Source: Desulfatiglandales bacterium (lineage in GTDB: Bacteria > Desulfobacterota > DSM-4660 > Desulfatiglandales > HGW-15). From it: DNA of 64,000 nt. Numbering within the stretch: the stretch's first letter is position 1; each line of letters opens with the position of its first letter. The notes under the pieces were generated by a model. It was given only the letters and a program-made list of their open reading frames with translations, ran no database searches and was not told the DNA's origin. The DNA is taken from contig JBMNCO010000068.1 of the NCBI GenBank assembly GCA_049366815.1, forward strand, positions 30,256 to 94,255, read 5' to 3'. The position numbers and the translations under genes were made by a program. Below are positions 27,301 through 35,292 of this stretch, in pieces.

Positions 27301-27391
27301 CCTGAAGGGGAAAGTGGAGGAAGAATTCAGCGCCCTCACCCTGACCGTACACTGGATCGGATTTCTGGACAGGTCTCCGCGCATTCTCTAA
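24317..27391 (+). CDS. dnaE2: Error-prone DNA polymerase III alpha-subunit paralogue DnaE2
   Basis: 1,024 aa. N-terminal PHP domain FAHLNVHSHYS. Pol III alpha core (GRGSAAASIVSYALGIT, DIDVDF). C-terminal OB fold. Sits immediately downstream of imuB. Confidence 0.93.
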   Translation: MTFAHLNVHSHYSRGWGIGTIEELCRSAKDLGMDRLALTDTDGLYGLVFFLETARDMGIQPIVGSELTADGHRAVLLVRDLEGYANLCRLISDRHCHQDFDMVRALRERRRGLIVFSDDFSLLGALKRDSLEGLFVEMSPGYNMAACYAFSRRSGIPPLATNRVYLVTRDQFSLHRILRAVALNSKLSRLEIDDTCREHNFLNAPGDMIDQFPHAPRAIRNTLEVAEQCLTDWNFDRIVFPGYEDLSDGEVYERLYRATWEGCRRRYGEITREVKERVDYEMAILREKNFAHYFLVVADIARKARRSCGRGSAAASIVSYALGITHVDPIRHNLFFERFLNLGRMDPPDIDVDFAWDERDQIIDYIFARYGTRRTAMVANHNTYGARSAIREVAKVFGLTEAEIGRVTGKIGYGLRLKKAWRELAAHPKMRGITFDKPWDEILAAAVQLENHLNHLSIHCGGVVIVPDEIRRYCPVEISRKGLQVLQWEKESVEEAGLVKIDILGNRSLAVIRDALDLVEKNYGHHIDYAAWDPVQDPGTVEIFYRGDTFGVFYFESPATRQVLKKVASGMTFEEYLRLDHFQLNVVVTSIIRPASNRSIHTWVSRLHGEPWDPPHPLLRPVLEETLGVMVFQEQLSLAAMHLAGFDPGEADSLRKVVSKKHKMKKLRDFHARFVHGAAAKGVKAEVIEEIWEMMMGFDGYSFCKPHSASYTLVAYKSAYLRAHYPAEFMAAVISNGGGYYATFAYISEARRMGLEIRPPDINRSEIKYTGKGKAVRLGLMQLRDLSREAMKAVCGERAKRGPFVSLGDFLDRTGTRVHLQDVKVLIKAGCFDNLASGRTRPDLIWEALRFFRREHQEKTLGLFSSPSLLPASPLPRSPGGKARGGGTSKPYPKPLMLKHEMETLGFRLSLHPLDRYRGILKGSSYVEAGDLHAWVGKQVTTIGWMVTGKTAYTRKGETMIFVSFEDTTGLYEAVFFPKAYNRFCHMLNTMRPYILKGKVEEEFSALTLTVHWIGFLDRSPRIL

Positions 27392-27447
27392 AGTGGCGGG
27401 CCGCTGAGGATGCCTTCCAAGGTGAATCCCTTTGCCCGGCCGGGTCT

Positions 27448-27939
27448 TCAATCCCAGTCCGCAAAGTTTTCCCAGAATTCCTTGTCCTTGTTTTTCCAGT
27501 CAGGACCAAACCTTCTGTCGTAAAAGGAGACCCACCTGTCGAGCCAGCGGATCCAGGGATTTCTCCCCTTCTCCTTGTCTTCCAGCACATCCTCCAGATA
27601 GGTGGCGATTTTCGTCATGTCGTCTTTGGGGATGTAGTATGCAGCGCCCTCCTTGTAAGACTTGACGGTGTCTTCAGGGCTGAGGGCATGGGCCGTCACC
27701 ATGACGGCGGTTATCTCCCGCCTTGTTGCTATTTCCAGCAACTTGTAACCATCGACACCCATGATGTCCAACAGGGCCAGATCAAAAAACCGGCTCTCCA
27801 GGAGCGCGGCGGCCTCGTCAAATGTCGAGGCGCACACCACATCACACATGGACAGCAACGACTCCAGTGTTTCAAGCACATCTTCTTCATCGTCCACAAT
27901 GAGTATTCTTTTACCGGTTAACAGGTCCTTAGCAGACAT
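27448..27939 (-). CDS. Stand-alone response-regulator receiver protein with a short Trp-rich C-terminal tail
   Basis: Start at ATG 27939 (GGGAGG SD 6 nt upstream). REC motifs ILIVDDEED, LALLDIMGVDG, VMVTAH and YYIPKD. No DNA-binding or enzymatic output domain. Confidence 0.85.
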   Translation of the reverse strand: MSAKDLLTGKRILIVDDEEDVLETLESLLSMCDVVCASTFDEAAALLESRFFDLALLDIMGVDGYKLLEIATRREITAVMVTAHALSPEDTVKSYKEGAAYYIPKDDMTKIATYLEDVLEDKEKGRNPWIRWLDRWVSFYDRRFGPDWKNKDKEFWENFADWD

Positions 27940-27985
27940 GACACAACCTCCCTGGGTCAAATGTAATTGAGATCTCCGTGCATTC

Positions 27986-29677
27986 TCAGATTTCCCGTCT
28001 AAACCTGTATCGCTCAAAGGGAATGTCTTCGGTCCTAAAGGATATCTCACCGCCCGCACCTTTTTCCGCAAGGATCCATTTCAGCCAGTTCTTATCGTCC
28101 GTTTCGCTGAAGTCTTCCCGGTAAAAGATGCTCTCCCGGGTCTCTCTTCGCATAAGCGCGGCCCTCAGCGTCATCTCAGCGGAAAGCACCATGGTCTGGG
28201 TCTCTTTCGCCTTGATGAGGGCCCTCACATCCCCACCCCACAATTGGGGCAGCTTTTTGTCTCTCAAAGTAACGATTTCGTCAAGGGCCTTTTTCAGATT
28301 GCCTTCGCTCATGACGATGAGGACATTTGCCGGGAAAAGGACCTCTTGCAGGTCATGGACCACCCTGTCGGGATCAAGGCCCGTCTCTTTTCGTAGAGGC
28401 TCAAGGAAATTTTCGCGCTTCTCGGCCAAAAGGACAAAATCGATTTCCTTAAAATCGACGGATCCTGCATAAAGAGCGGCGTTTTCCCCGGCCGTGTATC
28501 CCGACCACGTGCAGGCTGCGATGGACCAACCGGTGAAGGAATTGATCCCCAGGGTCCTGGCCATACCCGCGGCGAACAGACCCTCCAGGTCGGTTCGGCA
28601 ACGGCCGTCCGCCCGAATGCCGAGCTTATTGGATTCATAGGCCGGCTGCCACTCAATATTGTCTCTCAGGGGGTTGTAGCCCTCTTCCCGTTCACATTTT
28701 TCAAAGAGGATCGGCATCCACCCGTGGCTTACCTGAAGGGTACGAAAACGCTCCCGTTCTTCTTCCATCATTCCTTCGACGTCAATGGATATGGGGACAT
28801 TTCCCTTCATGGCCTCCTTTGCCGCCGAGACCACGATCTTCATGACAGGTGCCCTGTCCTTTAGTATTGGATCATACCTCTCCATGAAGTAGTCGCCGCG
28901 GATATTTTTCCAGCGGGCCCCGATTGCGGGCAAGATCCCCGATCCCTCTATTTCATGTCTGGCCGGGCGGATGTTGATGTAGTGAAATTCCGGGTTCTTT
29001 ATCCTCGCCCCGGCATCATAGGCCATAAAAGGACCCGTGCCCTGCAATTCACAGGCAAGGTGATGCCCTCTGTAGCCTCCCGAGTTTGTTGCCACGATAA
29101 CACTCTTGGCCTTGAAGAGGACATGCCTTGACTCACGGACCCCGATCCCCACGGCACCGGCTACACTGCCGTCCCTGGCCTTGAGCAGGTCGTACACGTA
29201 GACGTGATCGATGACCCGGACCCCTCTTGACAGGGCGACCTTTCTCAAGAGGGTCACCTCGTCCCCCGCCGTGGCATTCTCCGGCCACAGGTTCTTGACG
29301 TTCCTCGTTCCCCTGGCCCGGGTCCACACGTATTTCCCTTTCGCTTTTCTGAAAGAAATGCCAAAGGATTCCAAGTCCTTGAGACGCTCATAGGAGCCCC
29401 TGAAGACGGAGGCCACCATCTCCTGGTCCACAAGCCACTCATTCCCCGACACGATGTCCTGAAGGTACTCGTCCGGATCATCCTCCGGCAGAAGGACCAT
29501 CATGGCCCCACCGGCGAAAAAGGAATGTCCGGATTTGCCTGCAAAGGATTTGTCAACGAGGATTACGGTCGAACCGCGCTCGGCTGCCCTGAGGGCGGCC
29601 CACAATCCGCCGAACCCCCCGCCGATGATGAGCACATCTGAGCGTGTGACTTCCCACATCTCCGATTTTTTATTCAC
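27986..29677 (-). CDS. SdhA/FrdA/AprA-superfamily FAD flavoprotein (pair 1 large subunit)
   Basis: Likely GTG start at 29677 (GGAGG 7 nt upstream); an alternative ATG lies at 29659. Dinucleotide fold DVLIIGGGFGGLWAALRAAE. GLFAAG. C-terminal RRETRESIFYREDFSETDDKNWLKW capping motif. Confidence 0.8.
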   Translation of the reverse strand: MNKKSEMWEVTRSDVLIIGGGFGGLWAALRAAERGSTVILVDKSFAGKSGHSFFAGGAMMVLLPEDDPDEYLQDIVSGNEWLVDQEMVASVFRGSYERLKDLESFGISFRKAKGKYVWTRARGTRNVKNLWPENATAGDEVTLLRKVALSRGVRVIDHVYVYDLLKARDGSVAGAVGIGVRESRHVLFKAKSVIVATNSGGYRGHHLACELQGTGPFMAYDAGARIKNPEFHYINIRPARHEIEGSGILPAIGARWKNIRGDYFMERYDPILKDRAPVMKIVVSAAKEAMKGNVPISIDVEGMMEEERERFRTLQVSHGWMPILFEKCEREEGYNPLRDNIEWQPAYESNKLGIRADGRCRTDLEGLFAAGMARTLGINSFTGWSIAACTWSGYTAGENAALYAGSVDFKEIDFVLLAEKRENFLEPLRKETGLDPDRVVHDLQEVLFPANVLIVMSEGNLKKALDEIVTLRDKKLPQLWGGDVRALIKAKETQTMVLSAEMTLRAALMRRETRESIFYREDFSETDDKNWLKWILAEKGAGGEISFRTEDIPFERYRFRREI

Positions 29678-29705
29678 GTCCCTGCCTCCATATTTACAGC
29701 ATCGG

Positions 29706-29915
29706 CTACCAGGCCATGGGTCTGGGTTTTCTGAAGGGATGGACATCAATGGCGTTCACGGGGCATGCCAGCTCACAGCTGAAACAGGTCCAGCAATCCT
29801 GGGGATACTTGATTTTTGCCCTGTCGGCCTCGTCCATGATGATGACATCCCCGGGACAGAAGAGGGCGCAGATGCCGCACCCGATACATACCCTGCTGTC
29901 GATCTTTCGAATCAT
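29706..29915 (-). CDS. 2x[4Fe-4S] ferredoxin, AprB-like (pair 1 small subunit)
   Basis: ATG at 29915; the track start at 29924 is TTG. Cluster motifs CIGCGICALFCP and CWTCFSCELACP. Confidence 0.85.
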   Translation of the reverse strand: MIRKIDSRVCIGCGICALFCPGDVIIMDEADRAKIKYPQDCWTCFSCELACPVNAIDVHPFRKPRPMAW

Positions 29916-29962
29916 TTCGGTCAACCCCTCTCCAGATCAGTTTTTCATCAAAGGGACCCAGG

Positions 29963-30673
29963 TCAAATCTCGACCCAACCCTCTTTGCAGCCCGCTCCCA
30001 GTCTCCACCGGTAATAGTTCCAGGTCCTCTGAAAGGCCTTGCCTTCGGTCACCTGTCTATGGATCTTCTCCACCTCCTCTTCAGGGAGCCAGTGAGGCTC
30101 ACCAAGCAGCATGGCCTGGTACTGGAGTCTAGCGGATTTTTCGGCCCATATGGCCGAAACGCAGGTCTCCTGGATCGATCCCCCCGTGACCAGGTTCCCG
30201 TGTCCCTTCAGGACCACGGTACCGGCCGATCCCATGGTATCGACGATCCTGTAACCCATGTCAAAATTATCCACCAGCCCGTACTCATCAAACATGGGGG
30301 CCTCCCTGCCGAAGGCGGTTGCCCCCAGGTTATCCATTGCCCGTAACCTCGTCCCGGTGGCGCTGAGGGCTACAATCGTCGGAGAATGCGTATGGGCGAT
30401 CGCCGCGACATCGGGACGTCTCTGGTAGACGGCGAGATGAAGGGGGATCTCCTTGGCCGCCTCAAGCCTGCCGTCCAGCCTTTTTCCGTCCAGGTCCAGC
30501 AGGACAAGATCCTCTTCGGTAGCCTGTCCCGGGCTGATCTTCCCGTTCATGAGCACCCTCTTTTTGCCGGGGATCCGCACACTGAAGTGACCCAACTCGT
30601 CCATGATCCCCTCGCGGTCGAGTATCCTACAGGCGGTCAAAAGGTCCTGTATCAATGTCCCATGAGACTCCAT
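29963..30673 (-). CDS. Class II aldolase/adducin-fold protein (aldolase, epimerase, dehydratase or decarboxylase; function open)
   Basis: 236 aa. GHFSVR...AIAHTHSP metal-binding His region. GGAGGAGG SD. Confidence 0.8.
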   Translation of the reverse strand: MESHGTLIQDLLTACRILDREGIMDELGHFSVRIPGKKRVLMNGKISPGQATEEDLVLLDLDGKRLDGRLEAAKEIPLHLAVYQRRPDVAAIAHTHSPTIVALSATGTRLRAMDNLGATAFGREAPMFDEYGLVDNFDMGYRIVDTMGSAGTVVLKGHGNLVTGGSIQETCVSAIWAEKSARLQYQAMLLGEPHWLPEEEVEKIHRQVTEGKAFQRTWNYYRWRLGAGCKEGWVEI

Positions 30674-30770
30674 AATCTATCCTCCTCCAGCCATTTCCGG
30701 TCAGGATTTTGCAGAAACCCGCAGCACTTCAGCCCTTTGAAAACCACTCCATTGGGGAGCGGCAACTTCT

Positions 30771-30799
30771 ATTTTAGACAAATTGCACAAGATTGACAC
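30771..30799 (-). promoter_or_regulatory. Weak internal promoter candidate upstream of the aldolase-fold gene
   Basis: The minus strand reads GTGTCA, a 17-nt spacer, then TAAAAT. The neighbouring imperfect direct repeat TTGTGTCAAT / TTGTGCAAT could be an operator. Confidence 0.3.
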
Positions 30800-30834
30800 A
30801 AACGTTTTCTTAAATTCAAACGGAAACCCCGGAT

Positions 30835-32598
30835 TCATTCCAGAGGGATTCTGGAGACTTTGAATTCTCCGTTCTCCAGTCTGATCGTGGAAAAGGCAAG
30901 CCAATCCCTGTCGTCCTGTTCCGGAAAATCCGCCCTATAAAATCCGCAGGGATGCTTTCTCGTTTCCTCTCTGGCCAAAGAGGCCCTTATGATCATCTCA
31001 GCATTGTCCAAAAGTGATCTGACCTCCAGGCCCCGGGCCAGCTCGTGGGCAGTGAACACCTTGATGGGTTGCTCCCTGATATAGTGCAGGCGATCCAGGC
31101 CTCTTTTCAGCATCTCCCCGGTTTTTACATCGCCGCAATACGTATCCATGACGTTCTGCAGAGTATCCTCCACCTCGCGCCAGGTGAAACCTTCTCCCGG
31201 CCCAAACATCCCGGCGCATCGATCCCGCAATGACGCCAACTTGTCCTCCCCGGCCTCTTGAATCTGCAGCTCCCCCCGGGCGCGTTGTCCGGCCATATCC
31301 CCGGCCCGCCACCCCGTGGTGAAGGCCGCAGGCGAGGCACCGAAGGGCACTCCGCCCACTTCATCACCGGCGGCAAAAAGTCCTCTGATGCCGGTCTCCA
31401 TTTTTTCATCCACGGCCAGGCCCGACGCCGCAAGATTGCCAACCTCCCGACTGCCTAGACCGAGTTCCAGCTTGTCCCTTCTCAGGTCGAGTCCTTCCTC
31501 CCGCAGATGCCTCAGGAGCTGGCAGCACTTGCCCTCATGGCTGAGCGCCCATTCGACGTACCTGATCTCTTCCTCCGTCCCGCCGGTGCAGTCCACACAG
31601 AAGGGCCCGGATTCCTGGAGTTCTTTCCTGGACGGCATCCCCCGGGGTGTTATTCCTCCCCTTGCGAGCCATTGCCGTCTTGTCTCTTTCGCGTCTATCC
31701 GGTATCCTTTCTCAAGGTCACCCCATTCCGGAAAGGTGGTCTTCGGCACAATCGTTTCCCCGGCGGCATTCACGATCGCCGCTGCGGGCTGCCAGGTATT
31801 TCCAGGAGGCCTGCCCGCGGTCTCGTAATTGGCAAGCCCGTAACGCCTGGCCCCGAGAAATTCCATGTTCATAAGCGGAAGGCCGGCGTGAAGGGCCATC
31901 GCTTTACCGTCCGCAGAGAGGTTACCCGGAAGGTGCAGGTTGAAACAGGCACTTCCCGTGGATTCCCGGCCCATTCGACCGGTCTTTCCTCCTGCACTCA
32001 GGACGACGCTCTTGGCCTTCAGGACATAGAGATTGGGCTCTCGGGTGCCTACCCCCAGGGCACCGCAGACCTCTCCCCGGCGGGTCAACAGATCGGTCAC
32101 CATGACCCGATTGATGATCTTTGCCCCTCTTCTTTTCGCCTCGCGGGTCAGTATCATCTTCAGGGGACGCCCGTCAATATTCAAAGAGGTGGGCACACTG
32201 TGGAACTGATAGACCATCCTGAACTTTCCCGGAATGGTGCTGTCCTCGTATCGCACCTTGAGCCCGAATCTTTCCAGATCGAGCAGACGGGCGTACATTT
32301 CGCCTGCAATAAAACGGATGAGTTCCCTTTGGGCAAATCCGCAGGCCACACCCTGCATATGGTCCTCCACGAGGTCATCCAGGGTCCAGCCCATCTTTTC
32401 ATGGACCGGTGGGAAATAGCCCCAGATATGATCGATTCCCGATCCCGCCTGACCGCTGGAAAGAGTGTTGGCCTTGTCGACGACAAGGACATCCACATCC
32501 TGCTCCTTCGCCTTGATGGCCGCCATGCACCCGGCCAGCCCCCCTCCTATGACCAGAACATCCGTTTTGACCGAAACAACTTCCATCCGGGGATCCAT
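30835..32598 (-). CDS. SdhA/FrdA/AprA-superfamily FAD flavoprotein (pair 2 large subunit)
   Basis: DVLVIGGGLAGCMAAIKAKE. GLFAAGDE. C-terminal REETRKHPCGFYRADFPEQDDRDWLAF. GGAGA SD 5 nt upstream of ATG 32598. Confidence 0.8.
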   Translation of the reverse strand: MDPRMEVVSVKTDVLVIGGGLAGCMAAIKAKEQDVDVLVVDKANTLSSGQAGSGIDHIWGYFPPVHEKMGWTLDDLVEDHMQGVACGFAQRELIRFIAGEMYARLLDLERFGLKVRYEDSTIPGKFRMVYQFHSVPTSLNIDGRPLKMILTREAKRRGAKIINRVMVTDLLTRRGEVCGALGVGTREPNLYVLKAKSVVLSAGGKTGRMGRESTGSACFNLHLPGNLSADGKAMALHAGLPLMNMEFLGARRYGLANYETAGRPPGNTWQPAAAIVNAAGETIVPKTTFPEWGDLEKGYRIDAKETRRQWLARGGITPRGMPSRKELQESGPFCVDCTGGTEEEIRYVEWALSHEGKCCQLLRHLREEGLDLRRDKLELGLGSREVGNLAASGLAVDEKMETGIRGLFAAGDEVGGVPFGASPAAFTTGWRAGDMAGQRARGELQIQEAGEDKLASLRDRCAGMFGPGEGFTWREVEDTLQNVMDTYCGDVKTGEMLKRGLDRLHYIREQPIKVFTAHELARGLEVRSLLDNAEMIIRASLAREETRKHPCGFYRADFPEQDDRDWLAFSTIRLENGEFKVSRIPLE

Positions 32599-32742
32599 TT
32601 CGTCTCCTTCCTTTTTCAGCTACCGGCCCCGCGCCGGCGCCTCGAATCATCGTTTGGTGGATACCATGCTCTCCCACGGTATCACCCCCATGTTGGATGT
32701 CCTGCGCAAAATACCTCTTCCAGCCTTTTTGCGCCCTCCAGG

Positions 32743-33021
32743 TCAGGGCCTCCGGCCCCGCACCGCCGAGACCCTCATGGGGAGGGGGATGATCACCCTG
32801 ACGGCTCCCTTGTCCTTCACAGGACAGGTGTCTATGCAACAGCCGCAAAACCAGCATTCCTCGGGATAGGTCACGACAGGAGGCTTCCCCTTTTCCTGAT
32901 TGGGCGCAAGGACGTCCATCGGGCAGATGTCCACGCACCGGTTGCATCCGCTGCAGATTTCTTCATTGATCTGTATGGCCCTGAAACGGCTTGGAACCAT
33001 GTATTGCCGAGTCTCTTCCAT
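32743..33021 (-). CDS. 2x[4Fe-4S] ferredoxin, AprB-like (pair 2 small subunit)
   Basis: ATG at 33021 with a GGGAGG SD. Motifs CSGCNRCVDICP and YPEECWFCGCCIDTCP. Confidence 0.85.
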   Translation of the reverse strand: MEETRQYMVPSRFRAIQINEEICSGCNRCVDICPMDVLAPNQEKGKPPVVTYPEECWFCGCCIDTCPVKDKGAVRVIIPLPMRVSAVRGRRP

Positions 33022-33103
33022 TGGTAACCTCCCATGTCTTCTTTCAGTAAACTTGCAGGCAGGCTTCAAGTGTCTCCAGGAGCCTAAGACCGCACGGCGC
33101 GGG

Positions 33104-35074
33104 TCAGGATTCGGCCAAGTCACTCTTCATGGAAGAGGCCGCCGTTTCTCGGGTGGCGAGTTTTGCGCGTCGGGCCTTCCGGATCTGCCACAGGAAAGGA
33201 CCGGCCAGCAAAAGGATCCCCAGGAGGTCCGTCCAGGGTTCCGGCCAGATCAGGGCGACACATCCGCCGGCGACCAAGGCCTTCAGGAGCAGGGACTTCA
33301 TGCGCACCCAATAGAATCCCTCCAGAATACTGGCCAGGGCGCCCACCGCCAAGACCGCAATGAAGGCCGTCCAGACAATCTCCAGAATCGTGCCGTTGAG
33401 GATAAGTCCCGGCCGGTACATGTAGATGATCGGCACGAGGTAGGCGGCCACGGCCAGACGAATGGCCTGAAATCCCGTGGAATTGGGGTTTCCCCCGGCG
33501 ATGCCCGCCCCTGCGTAGGCCGCCACAGCCACCGGGGGCGTGATGGCGGAAATGACAGAGAAATACACGATAAACAGGTGAGAGGACATCAGGGGAAAAT
33601 CAAGTTCCAGCAGGGCGGGGACCGCCAGCGTGGCCGTCAGCACATAGGCGGCGGGGATGGGCATCCCCATTCCGAGGATGATGCAGACGATCGCCACCAT
33701 AATAATGCAGAGAAAGCTGTTGCCGCCCGTGGCCTGAAATACAAGGCTGGTGAATTTGCCGCCCAGACCCGTAAGCATGATCCCCCCGATGACCATACCG
33801 GCCGCGGCCGAGGCGTTGGATACGGTCAGGATCCGGGTCCCTGTATTATAGAAAGCCTTGAAAATGTCCTTCGGACCCATCCGGTATCCGGGCTTGAACC
33901 AGCTGATGACGATGGTCGTGCAGGTCGCCACCAGCCCCACGACAGTAGGATTGAGTCGAATCGCGATGAGCCAGACCAGGACCACGATGGGTATGATATA
34001 AATGTAATTCTCCTTCAGGACCTGCCATGGCCTTTCTCTGACACCCTCGTCCGCTATGGGCCGCAGGTCCTTTTTGACGGCCCGATAATGGACCTGAACC
34101 ATGATCCCGAAATAGTAGATCAGGGCCGGGATTGCGGCGGCCAGGGCTATCTCGACATAGGGGATGGCTGCGATGTCCACCATGAGAAAGGCCGCTGTAC
34201 CCATGATGGGAGGCAGGATAGAGGCCCCGGAGGAGGCGGCTGCTTCGACGGCCCCGGCAAAGACGGGACTGTAGCCCAGGCGCTTCATGAGGGGGATGGT
34301 GATACTGCCGGTTGTGACCACGTCGGAGGTGGGACTCCCGCTCATTGACCCGTAAAGACCGCTGGCGATGACCGAGATCTTTGCCGGTCCTCCCACCATC
34401 CTCCCCGCGATGGCCGAAGCGAGGCGGAAGAAGAATTCCCCGCCCCCGGCCTGGTTGAAGACCTGGCCGAAGAGTACGAACATATAGACGTAGGTGCAGG
34501 TCACGCCTATGGGCGTACCGAATATCCCGTCAAAGGTATAGACCATCCGGTCCAGGAATCCGACCACATCCATGCCCCGGTGTCCGAAGGCCCCGGGAAG
34601 GTATTCCCCTGCAAAGTTATAGGCGACAAAGATCAGGATGATGATGACGAGGACCGGGCCCACCGTTCGGCGCGTCACCTCGATGACAAGGATGACCAGC
34701 ACCGAAGTAAAGAAGATATCCGCTGCGCTCATGGGATCCACACCCGTCCACCGGTCAATGATCACCTGGCCGTTGATGAAGATATAGACTCCTGCGGCAA
34801 AGCCGAGTGCGGCCATCACCAGGTCAGGGACGGATACCTTCTCCGATCGGGAATTGGATGAAAAATTATAGCAGATGAAGGACAGGGCGAGGACAAAACC
34901 GACAAACATCGCCCGCAGCAAATAGAAATCGATCTTTCCAAAAGGGGCCCCGTAGATTTCCAGTGCCGCCAACCCCAGGACCAGGCAAATCACGACACCA
35001 TTATAGAAGGGAGACAGCTTCCGCCGTCTGCCCGACACAAAGATTGAACCGACTATGCCTTTCAAGTTCATCAT
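33104..35074 (-). CDS. TAXI-type TRAP transporter fused permease (4TM/12TM DctQM fusion)
   Basis: 656 aa, highly hydrophobic throughout with about 18 predicted helices. Lies immediately downstream of a TAXI solute receptor. Confidence 0.8.
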   Translation of the reverse strand: MMNLKGIVGSIFVSGRRRKLSPFYNGVVICLVLGLAALEIYGAPFGKIDFYLLRAMFVGFVLALSFICYNFSSNSRSEKVSVPDLVMAALGFAAGVYIFINGQVIIDRWTGVDPMSAADIFFTSVLVILVIEVTRRTVGPVLVIIILIFVAYNFAGEYLPGAFGHRGMDVVGFLDRMVYTFDGIFGTPIGVTCTYVYMFVLFGQVFNQAGGGEFFFRLASAIAGRMVGGPAKISVIASGLYGSMSGSPTSDVVTTGSITIPLMKRLGYSPVFAGAVEAAASSGASILPPIMGTAAFLMVDIAAIPYVEIALAAAIPALIYYFGIMVQVHYRAVKKDLRPIADEGVRERPWQVLKENYIYIIPIVVLVWLIAIRLNPTVVGLVATCTTIVISWFKPGYRMGPKDIFKAFYNTGTRILTVSNASAAAGMVIGGIMLTGLGGKFTSLVFQATGGNSFLCIIMVAIVCIILGMGMPIPAAYVLTATLAVPALLELDFPLMSSHLFIVYFSVISAITPPVAVAAYAGAGIAGGNPNSTGFQAIRLAVAAYLVPIIYMYRPGLILNGTILEIVWTAFIAVLAVGALASILEGFYWVRMKSLLLKALVAGGCVALIWPEPWTDLLGILLLAGPFLWQIRKARRAKLATRETAASSMKSDLAES

Positions 35075-35292
35075 TCCTCTCCGTCCATTGAACCCTCACA
35101 GGTCCTGTCGATACCGAGGCCCTTTTTCCGCTTTCGTGTGAAGGCCACAACACAAAATTCTCCGGCCTCCCGCACCTGAAAATTCAGGGGCAATCGATTT
35201 CCTGATCAGATTTTCCCGGCCGGCCCCTTTTTTGTGCCCACCCGGCAACGGCAGATTCCCGGATGGGCACCGGACTGGAAACGTGCCTGTGA

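Noticed and set aside
35234-35270. 12-bp imperfect hairpin GTGCCCACCCGG / CCGGATGGGCAC between the TAXI receptor and the permease; possible terminator.
   Set aside because: On the coding (minus) strand the stem is followed by an A-run, not a U-run. The T-run precedes the stem on the plus strand, where there is no gene.
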